Assembly (NCBI GenBank): GCA_014874425.1
Contig: JACWAG010000493.1
Location: forward strand, 1-35,260
Reading direction: 5' to 3'
DNA: 35,260 nucleotides
Origin: Syntrophaceae bacterium
Lineage (GTDB): Bacteria > Desulfobacterota > Desulfomonilia > Desulfomonilales > Desulfomonilaceae
Shown: piece by piece, positions 18,079 to 25,095 of the stretch
How positions within the stretch are numbered: the stretch's first letter is position 1
Layout of the letters: every line of letters begins with the position of its first letter
Translations under genes and position numbers: made by a program
Notes under the pieces: model-generated
What the model saw: only the letters and a program-made list of their open reading frames with translations
Database searches by the model: none
What the model was told of the DNA's origin: nothing

Positions 18079-19578
18079 ATGAAAATTGATAGCCTCAAAT
18101 GTGTGGGATGCGCCGATTGCTTGCCGATTTGTCCTCAATCGGCAATCAAAATCAGGAATAGGAAAGCCGTTATAGACGAAAAATGTTGCGATTGCCGCGC
18201 CTGCCTCCGGGTGTGCCAAAACGACGCCATTTGCGCAGAATATATTCCACCGGAACAGTACGTTCAATGCGAGGCCTGCCCAATAAGATGCAAAATAAAA
18301 GAAGGTTTTCTAGGCGCCTGTCAAAGATACCAAAACAAAGACGGCGCTCTTGAGCGAACAATCAAACTCAAAAAACTTTCCGATGTAAAGAGCATGGTGG
18401 GAGAAGACTGGAGGGAGGAAATCCGCCGTCCCCTTATAACAGCGATTGGGGCTGGCACAACATATCCGGATTGTAAACCTGCGCCACACATCATCCAAAA
18501 CAAGGTTAATGGAATTGATGTGGTAACAGTCGTCACAGAGGCGCCATTGAGTTACTCAGGTGTAAAGATTAAGGTCGATACGGATAGGATGTTGGGTGAG
18601 GAAGGGTCCTCGATCTCTTATCATCGGAAAAAAGTCGGGCATCTAACCACTGAAGAATATGGTTCCAAAATGTTGTCTTTGGGGGGAGTAAACCTTCTTA
18701 CAGGCCCGGACGGTCTTTTTGTGGCCAGAGTAGTCGCAGACGTAGCGAATCGGAAAAAAATCCGGCTTAAGATTAGAAATGGGGCCGAATTGGATCTTCA
18801 GGTTGGTGGTCCGCCGCTAATTAACGGGGAAAAAGATTACTTGATGCGAGTGGGATGTGGGAGCGCGACGCTTGGATTATTCGCCGAAATGTTAAAAAAA
18901 GTCGCTGATGAAGTAATAATCCTGGATTCTCATTTGACCGGGTTAATGAGTGAACATACTGCCGGAGTTTATGTTGGAACCGCCCCTTCAGGGGTTAAGC
19001 TCAAATTTTCCAGAAGCACGCCCGGTAGATATTTTGGAGATCACGGTAGTGGATGGGGAGGAACGTCAATCATAAATCCGCTGGAAATAATTGAAAGCGT
19101 GGATTCCAAAATCGCCAAGCCTGGAATGTTGATTTTGATAACAGAAACAACCGGAAGACAAGCCGCCATGTTTCAATTGACATCAACAGGTTCTCTAAAC
19201 GAAATAGCAATAACTGTCAAAGCCAAAGAGGCTGTTCAGACTATAGCGGAGACATGTGAAAATTCCCGCGTATCGGCGATTTATTGCGGCGGTTCTGGTG
19301 GGAGCGCCCGTGCAGGAGTAACTAAGTACCCGATTAGGTTGACATATGCGATTCATACAAACAAAGCTAAATTAACTGTAGGTGGAGCGCCTACTTTTGT
19401 TCTACCGGGAGGCGGAATCAACTTCATGGTCGATGTTGAAAAAGTCGTGCCGGGAGCTTTCAGTTGGACCCCAACTCCTGCTACTATTTGCCCCATTGAG
19501 TATACCATGACACTTGAAGACTACATAAAAATGGGAGGGCACAAAGAGGCGATCAAACCTTTTATTAAAGGGGACTAA
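18079..19578 (+). CDS. 6-hydroxynicotinate reductase-like iron-sulfur protein
   Basis: The N-terminus has two ferredoxin-type motifs (CVGCADCLPICP, CCDCRACLRVCQ) plus an extra CEACPIRC...C cluster, on a ~500 aa body. It sits directly downstream of the enamidase homologue. Assignment rests on domain pattern, size and synteny. Confidence 0.6.
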   Translation: MKIDSLKCVGCADCLPICPQSAIKIRNRKAVIDEKCCDCRACLRVCQNDAICAEYIPPEQYVQCEACPIRCKIKEGFLGACQRYQNKDGALERTIKLKKLSDVKSMVGEDWREEIRRPLITAIGAGTTYPDCKPAPHIIQNKVNGIDVVTVVTEAPLSYSGVKIKVDTDRMLGEEGSSISYHRKKVGHLTTEEYGSKMLSLGGVNLLTGPDGLFVARVVADVANRKKIRLKIRNGAELDLQVGGPPLINGEKDYLMRVGCGSATLGLFAEMLKKVADEVIILDSHLTGLMSEHTAGVYVGTAPSGVKLKFSRSTPGRYFGDHGSGWGGTSIINPLEIIESVDSKIAKPGMLILITETTGRQAAMFQLTSTGSLNEIAITVKAKEAVQTIAETCENSRVSAIYCGGSGGSARAGVTKYPIRLTYAIHTNKAKLTVGGAPTFVLPGGGINFMVDVEKVVPGAFSWTPTPATICPIEYTMTLEDYIKMGGHKEAIKPFIKGD

Positions 19579-19647
19579 AGTCTGAACAAATGGGAAGCCG
19601 AAATTCTTGTTCTTGGTGATCAGAGCGTTCTTGTCGATTGCGGACCG

Positions 19648-20436
19648 ATGAGGATGATGATTGAGGGTTTTGAAGGGCCTCAGCCGCGTCCGGATTTGTG
19701 TGTAAAGGCCGCAAACTTTTCAATAAAAATCTTGGAAGAAGTCGCTGCGGCCAAGGCCCAACTAAGTAAAACGGCAATCACTTCTGACCCTCCATCAGGT
19801 GATGGTGTTTCATTCAAAATGTGGCAGGCCACCAGAAGGATTGGCGCTCATGATTTGACACCCATGGCCACAGTCGCAGGAGCGGTTGCAGACGCTACAG
19901 CAGATTTCTTGCACGGGTTTGGAATGACCAGATCTATTGTAAATAACGGTGGTGACATTGCAATTCGACTAACAGGCGAAGAATTTGTCAACGTTGGTGT
20001 CCGATGTGATATTGACAGGTCTGAAATTTCTCACCGTATATCAGTTTCACAAGCCTCTGGTGTTGGAGGAATTTGTACTAGTGGGCTGGGCGGCCGAAGT
20101 TTCACTCGAGGCATAGCGTCCGCTGTTACTGTATTGGGGGTAACGGCGGCGATAGCTGACGCTGCGGCCACGTCGGTAGCCAACGCGACATATATCGATC
20201 ACCCAAATATCATCCGCATAAATGCTGATGAATTGGACCCACTAACTGATCTCAAAGGTATCAAAATCACATGCGGTGTGGGAGACCTGGAAATGGAATT
20301 CATCGATGAGTGTTTTATCAAGGCGCTTAACTATGCGGACACTCTTGTGTATCAGGGAGCAATAGTTGGGGCTGTGGTCTCAATTAAAGGACGGACACGC
20401 CTAACTAACGGAATAAAATCTATGATGTTAGCTTAG
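19648..20436 (+). CDS. UPF0280 / ApbE-superfamily-like protein (uncharacterised)
   Basis: Ala/Gly-rich alpha/beta protein (TPMATVAGAVAD, NNGGDIA, TSGLGGRSFTRGIA), recalled as the UPF0280 pattern. The frame is open from the upstream stop at 19576-19578, and the upstream residues (EAEILVLGDQSVLVDCGP) look protein-like, so the true start may be non-canonical and upstream of ATG 19648. Confidence 0.5.
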   Translation: MRMMIEGFEGPQPRPDLCVKAANFSIKILEEVAAAKAQLSKTAITSDPPSGDGVSFKMWQATRRIGAHDLTPMATVAGAVADATADFLHGFGMTRSIVNNGGDIAIRLTGEEFVNVGVRCDIDRSEISHRISVSQASGVGGICTSGLGGRSFTRGIASAVTVLGVTAAIADAAATSVANATYIDHPNIIRINADELDPLTDLKGIKITCGVGDLEMEFIDECFIKALNYADTLVYQGAIVGAVVSIKGRTRLTNGIKSMMLA

Positions 20437-20485
20437 TTTACGGGGAATGGCATTTTTCTTAAATGAGAGAAGAAGGGGAACTATC

Positions 20486-21064
20486 ATGGAAATCAGGAAA
20501 ATTTGCACAGTAGTTGAAGAAACTCACACCGAAATGGGAAAAAACGTAACACCTCCATCCAAACGAGCGGCCGCAATAGCAGTCATCAAAAATCCCTTTG
20601 CAGGCCGTTACCAGGAGAATCTGTCAGAGTTAATTGAAACAGGCGAAAAATTGGGAGAGCTTCTTGGGAAGAAGGCCCTTGAAGCGCTAGGTATAAATTC
20701 TGACAAAGCTGAGAGTTACGGCAAGGGAGCAATCGTTGGTTCTCAAGGTGAACTGGAACACGCTGCCGCCATTTTGCATCCAAAACTGGGCACACCTTTT
20801 AGGGAAGCCCTGGGTGGTGGTAAAGCCTTGATCCCATCTGCGAAGAAAATTGGTGGGCCAGGCACGGAACTGGATGTTCCGATTCATTATAAGGACGCCG
20901 CTTTTGTAAGGTCACATTTTGACGCGATGCCAATCCGAGTTCAGGACGCTCCTCGTGGTAACGAGATCGTAGTGGCTCTTGTGGTGACCGATTCAGGAAG
21001 ACCTTTGGCTAGGGTTGGTGGGCTCAAAAAGGAAGAAGCCAAAAAGGAAGACGGCCTGAGATAA
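20486..21064 (+). CDS. 'amino acid synthesis' family (PF06684/DUF1185-like) protein, function unknown
   Basis: About 190 aa starting MEIRKICTVVEE, with AAAIAVIKNPFAGRY, YGKGAIVG..GE.EHAAAILHPKLG and FVRSHFDAM as recalled for this family. GAAGGGGA RBS 7 nt upstream of ATG 20486 (track start 20447 rejected). Confidence 0.6.
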   Translation: MEIRKICTVVEETHTEMGKNVTPPSKRAAAIAVIKNPFAGRYQENLSELIETGEKLGELLGKKALEALGINSDKAESYGKGAIVGSQGELEHAAAILHPKLGTPFREALGGGKALIPSAKKIGGPGTELDVPIHYKDAAFVRSHFDAMPIRVQDAPRGNEIVVALVVTDSGRPLARVGGLKKEEAKKEDGLR

Positions 21065-21161
21065 GATAAGTAATGTAAAAGCCTCAGATTGGATATGGGT
21101 GAAATTCAGAAAGCCTGCGTTCTAATGTTTTCGAAACAAGGTCGCAAAATGCCGGGAATAT

Positions 21162-22742
21162 TTAAAGACTCGATATATCATACGCGAAAATGACACTTCG
21201 ATACCCTGTAATGCTCTTGAAAAACATAGGATTGACCAAAACCAGCACCAAGGATTTTGTCCCTTCATTTTTGAAATCAGTGATCAAGTAATCTGAAATA
21301 ATTCCTGGACTGGTAACCGTGCGCCAATCCTCCACAAACTGCTTTCCGTCCCATCCTAAAGCTTCTATGGCAGACCCGGCTTCCGACTGCTTCGTGACGA
21401 GAATTTCATTTTGCCCCACTCCCTGTGAATTGCTGATCAATATCCTGCCGGGCATCTCGATGTCTACTGGGGACTGCCCCTGCTTGTACAAACGGATGCG
21501 TCTATGCAGGCCATAAAGCTTGTCCAGCTTTGTGGTCACCAAACGGTTGTCTTGGTCAAAGGCCATCAGACGCTGGTCCTGACTGAGCATTATCCTCAGA
21601 AACTGTTTATCAGGCCCGAATCGTCCAGAAGCGTAACTCAAAAGAAATGTTCCGGGCGGTAGATCAATCTCCCCAACTCGTTTTAGCTTACCGTCCTTCA
21701 ATTCATATCTTTCCATCTTGCCGCTGAACATGCCGGACGAATCAATCCGTTGCCCCACGAGCAATTGTTTTTCCTTACCGTCTACAGGTTCCGAGATCAC
21801 TTTTAGTATGACGTCCGGAATTTGATCTACTACTTTAAGGTTCATTCCCTTGTATTGGATAATAGCAGATTCGAACCCTGACAATGTTCTATAGCAAAGT
21901 ATAAGTTCCGCGATCCCACTTCCATCAAGGTCTTTCGCTTCGGCGCTCACGTAGATCGCAGGCGCTTGGGAAAACCGGGTTAGAGGCTTAAGGCCCCTAT
22001 CTTCAAATCGACTTATCGTGATCCCGTTTTCATCGAGGAACACCACTTCATTCTTGCCATCGCCATCAAGGTCCCCAACAGTCACTGAAGCGATACCCAT
22101 AGACATCTCTGGACTTCGCCATGGGGCCAAAGATTGGCTGGAACGTCCAGGTAAGCTCACCAAGGCGGGGTTACGGCTAGGTAAAGTAGCCGCCGGTGAC
22201 ATACCCTCCGATTTATAAAACTCGAGTTTTGGGACCCCGGTCAGTCTCTTGCTAATCGCAGCGGCAAACATATTCAGAGCGCTAGGTAACGCGTGAATAT
22301 TATCAACCCTGATATCAGTGCTTACAGTAGGTTTATTTGCCGCAACGTTCCACATGAGGCCCCGCATCCTGTATTGGTTGTCTTCACGAGACAGGAAGCC
22401 GAAAATAGCCATTTCTGCGCCGACTTTCTGGGCCAGTTTAACTGCTTCCTTGTCGTCCTTGAAAGGGACCTTGTCCTTCATGAATTTTTCGAGTGCGCTA
22501 TCAGGTATAACAATTACCGTGTTCCCCATACTGTTTACTGTAGACTTGACAGTGTCGGTGGCATGATCAGAGAACGATTTCAGCTCATCATCCGAGACGC
22601 CAGACAATAAGCTGAACGGTAAGGTAACAACTTTTAGTGGTTGATGGTTTTTTTCCGACCCGTCTACGCTACCTGCAAAGGTAGAAATAGCGAGAACCAG
22701 AAGAACCCCGAAAATGATTCGGCTGCCTGTGGCTGGAGTCAT
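21162..22742 (-). CDS. secreted FG-GAP/VCBS-repeat protein with TolB/LpoB-like N-terminal domain
   Basis: Signal peptide MTPATGSRIIFGVLLVLAISTFAGS when started at ATG 22742. N-terminal domain pattern KVVTLPFS...GAEMAIFGFL. FG-GAP-like Ca-binding repeats VGDLDGDGKNEVVFLDENG and AKDLDGSGIAELIL. The alternative TTG 22778 adds 12 aa. Confidence 0.75.
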   Translation of the reverse strand: MTPATGSRIIFGVLLVLAISTFAGSVDGSEKNHQPLKVVTLPFSLLSGVSDDELKSFSDHATDTVKSTVNSMGNTVIVIPDSALEKFMKDKVPFKDDKEAVKLAQKVGAEMAIFGFLSREDNQYRMRGLMWNVAANKPTVSTDIRVDNIHALPSALNMFAAAISKRLTGVPKLEFYKSEGMSPAATLPSRNPALVSLPGRSSQSLAPWRSPEMSMGIASVTVGDLDGDGKNEVVFLDENGITISRFEDRGLKPLTRFSQAPAIYVSAEAKDLDGSGIAELILCYRTLSGFESAIIQYKGMNLKVVDQIPDVILKVISEPVDGKEKQLLVGQRIDSSGMFSGKMERYELKDGKLKRVGEIDLPPGTFLLSYASGRFGPDKQFLRIMLSQDQRLMAFDQDNRLVTTKLDKLYGLHRRIRLYKQGQSPVDIEMPGRILISNSQGVGQNEILVTKQSEAGSAIEALGWDGKQFVEDWRTVTSPGIISDYLITDFKNEGTKSLVLVLVNPMFFKSITGYRSVIFAYDISSL

Positions 22743-22832
22743 CAATTGAACTATGTTATTGACCAAAAAAAATACCAACTGACATTGCAGTTGGCGTAGG
22801 AGGAAAAGATTATTTTCTTGACCTTTCCTTAA

Positions 22833-22847
22833 GCAACTGCCGTGCCA
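22833..22847 (-). promoter_or_regulatory. sigma-54 (RpoN) promoter of the FG-GAP protein gene
   Basis: Plus strand reads GCAActgccGTGCCA, so the minus strand reads TGGCAC-ggcag-TTGC, an exact consensus. It lies 55-90 nt upstream of the candidate starts with an AT-rich stretch just upstream. Confidence 0.55.
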
Positions 22848-22957
22848 AAGTTTGACTTAAATTTAATATTAACTAGATCATGATTCATATTATACGTTTA
22901 GCTGCATTTTTGTTCAATAGTTTTATGTCTGGCCAATAGCCTTAAATCCAGGGCCAT

Positions 22958-22973
22958 GTTCAAAAATTTGAAC
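22958..22973. promoter_or_regulatory. inverted repeat GTTCAAA-N2-TTTGAAC, candidate enhancer-binding-protein site
   Basis: Perfect 7-bp arms centred about 119 bp upstream of the -24 element on the minus strand. The half-site AAAATTTGAAC recurs at 23049-23059. Confidence 0.35.
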
Positions 22974-23191
22974 ACAAAAGGTCTCAATATCGTAACATGT
23001 TAATATGACAACGCTTATACATGTCCAAAAAACAAGCGGGACCTGCCGAAAATTTGAACGCGCGAGTAATTTCTTGGCGCCTTTTTGTCACTGGAATTTC
23101 GGTCTCAGAAGAGTTTTTAGTCAAAACGCGGATCACATGAACCTCAACACTTTGATTAAAAAGACTTTTATTAGTAACGCGCCCGATAGCG

Positions 23192-23854
23192 CTAAATCAT
23201 ACGAAAATAGTTCTTAACCATTTCGAAATTTGCTTTAACATTTGCGATCCCTTGTATCGCTGGGCCATGACCAGGCAAAATAAGGTCAATCTTGAGCTTT
23301 GATAGTTTCTCAACACTTTGTTTGAGCTGTTGGCCGTTGCCACCCGGCAGGTCAACCCGTCCGATGCTGCCTCGAAAAATTACATCCCCACAAATCAATG
23401 TTCTATTTCTAGGCCAATAGAGGCACAAACTGCCGGGGCTATGCCCTGGGGCAAGCAACACCTCAAATTCGTGTTTCCCCAGTTTTAGGCCGCCTTCCTT
23501 CAAATAGAAGCTTATCGGAAATTTGGGCGCGTCTTTATCCTGAGAAGCGTACCACCTGGATCCCTCGTCGACCATGAACTTTTCTTCTTCTTTAGAAAGC
23601 GCCACCTTTACATTTGAACCTGCAAACCGAAGTGATCCGGTAAAATGATCGGGATGACAGTGTGTTCCTATTACAACCTGAATCCTGTTTGGGTCAAACC
23701 CATCTTCTCGCATCCGATCAAAGAGATTATCAACACGCAGCTCAAGACCAGGGTCAATCAAGACAGGGACCTTGCCGTCGATCACGTAGCTGTTGCAATT
23801 ATTTTCCTTAGGATTATTCCAGAGATATATGAAAAAATTGTCGGCTATTTTCAT
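23192..23854 (-). CDS. MBL-fold metallo-hydrolase
   Basis: HCHPDHFTG (HxHxDH), later GHSPGS and HGP metal ligands. ATG 23854 (MKIADNFF...) overlaps the stop of the upstream gene (ATGA); the longer track ORF to 23935 is rejected. Confidence 0.85.
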   Translation of the reverse strand: MKIADNFFIYLWNNPKENNCNSYVIDGKVPVLIDPGLELRVDNLFDRMREDGFDPNRIQVVIGTHCHPDHFTGSLRFAGSNVKVALSKEEEKFMVDEGSRWYASQDKDAPKFPISFYLKEGGLKLGKHEFEVLLAPGHSPGSLCLYWPRNRTLICGDVIFRGSIGRVDLPGGNGQQLKQSVEKLSKLKIDLILPGHGPAIQGIANVKANFEMVKNYFRMI

Positions 23855-24444
23855 TGCGCGCAACCCTTGCAAATCATGGAATCTCCCTTTTTGACCATCC
23901 TTGAAATCATGGTTTGTTCGCCGCAAATCGCACAAGGTAATGTTTCGACGATTTGAGCATAAGCTGGTGGTTCCATAGCAATTTCTTTTACGTCAAAGAA
24001 TTTAGTCGGTTCCGATATAAGGGCTGCGGTGAATTCATCCCTGAGTTCTTGCATTTTCCTTTTGTCGTCATCAGTCGCGCTGCCTGCTTCTATCTTCTTT
24101 TTCAAATTGCGTGTAATTTCCTTTTCTGAAGACGGTTGACGAAAAGAGGCCCTCACCGCTTTGCCTTTTTCCCGATCATAGAAAGTGAAAACCTGTTTGC
24201 CCCAATCCCGAAATATGAGATTGCCCTTACCGAAAGTGCAACCTATAAGCGCCTGAACAGCGTCAACTGAACATGAATTGTTCTCTACGATACATACAAG
24301 TTCTTCATCCTCGGACCCCGAAGATTTCAACAATCCTGAAGACGCTTTAACCGCTGCATAACCAATTGCAAGTCCAGGGCACACATGCCCGTGAAATGTA
24401 GCGCATTTTTGGAAGTCATCCGGATAATTAGTCATTGAGTTCAT
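23851..24444 (-). CDS. FmdE/FwdE-family protein with C-terminal zinc ribbon
   Basis: FHGHVCPGLAIGY core motif of the FmdE domain, plus a C-terminal CAICGE...CKGC ribbon. AGGAG (24456-24452) is 7 nt upstream of ATG 24444. Overlaps the Nudix gene end by 17 nt. Confidence 0.75.
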   Translation of the reverse strand: MNSMTNYPDDFQKCATFHGHVCPGLAIGYAAVKASSGLLKSSGSEDEELVCIVENNSCSVDAVQALIGCTFGKGNLIFRDWGKQVFTFYDREKGKAVRASFRQPSSEKEITRNLKKKIEAGSATDDDKRKMQELRDEFTAALISEPTKFFDVKEIAMEPPAYAQIVETLPCAICGEQTMISRMVKKGDSMICKGCAQ

Positions 24445-25054
24445 TTTCATGCTCCTTTGATTCAATTAGTTCCACGAGATGTTTAAGAATTCTGGCTGTT
24501 GCGCCCCAGATGTTGTGACCCTCCCATAAATAGGATGTCATCTTCACTGGTTCTCCACGAAAAATCCACGTGTCTTCTCGTGTTTTGGAAGGATCAAAAA
24601 AAATATCAAGGGGAGGATCGACAATTCCGGCAATCTCACGCGGGCTGACACGGTACTCATAAGGGTGAGGAATTACACCCACGAACGGAACAACATGAAA
24701 ACGAGTGGCGACCGTATAAAAATCGTCGAGTTCTGCGAGCACCTTCACATCAGTAGGCAATATTCCGACTTCTTCCAGTGTTTCCCGAAGTGCGCATGAT
24801 TTAAGGTCCGGATCGGTAAGATCAAGTTTACCGCCGGGGAAAGAAATCTCACCCCTATGATGTTCGACCATGTCGGATCTCTTTGTTAGCAGCACATGCA
24901 AGGCGCCATTTTTCTGAAATATAGGAACCAGGACCGCTGCAGTTACTAGTCCATCTACTGGGAGACTTATCTTCGGGTACCGTCGTCTGGCCGATACAAG
25001 CCGCTCTTCAAATGTGACAAGGTCGTTAAATATATGATTGTGGGCTTTTGACAA
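24428..25054 (-). CDS. CoA pyrophosphatase (Nudix hydrolase, NudL/PCD1 type)
   Basis: NuCoA signature LLTKRS...H.GEISFPGG followed by Nudix box ...ALRETLEEVGI. TTG start, with no in-frame ATG nearby. Confidence 0.8.
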   Translation of the reverse strand: MSKAHNHIFNDLVTFEERLVSARRRYPKISLPVDGLVTAAVLVPIFQKNGALHVLLTKRSDMVEHHRGEISFPGGKLDLTDPDLKSCALRETLEEVGILPTDVKVLAELDDFYTVATRFHVVPFVGVIPHPYEYRVSPREIAGIVDPPLDIFFDPSKTREDTWIFRGEPVKMTSYLWEGHNIWGATARILKHLVELIESKEHENELND

Positions 25055-25095
25055 GGCAATAACCTGCCGAGATCATTGGAATAGTAGTTCCAGGA

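Noticed and set aside
21065-21161. Expected bidirectional terminator between the convergent island end and the FG-GAP gene end
   Set aside because: I could not find a convincing GC-rich stem with a T-tract on either strand by eye. Termination may be Rho-dependent.
23005-23217. 70-aa plus-strand ORF between the FG-GAP and MBL genes
   Set aside because: It overlaps the 3' end of the MBL gene and sits within the sigma-54 upstream activating region, with no RBS or motif.
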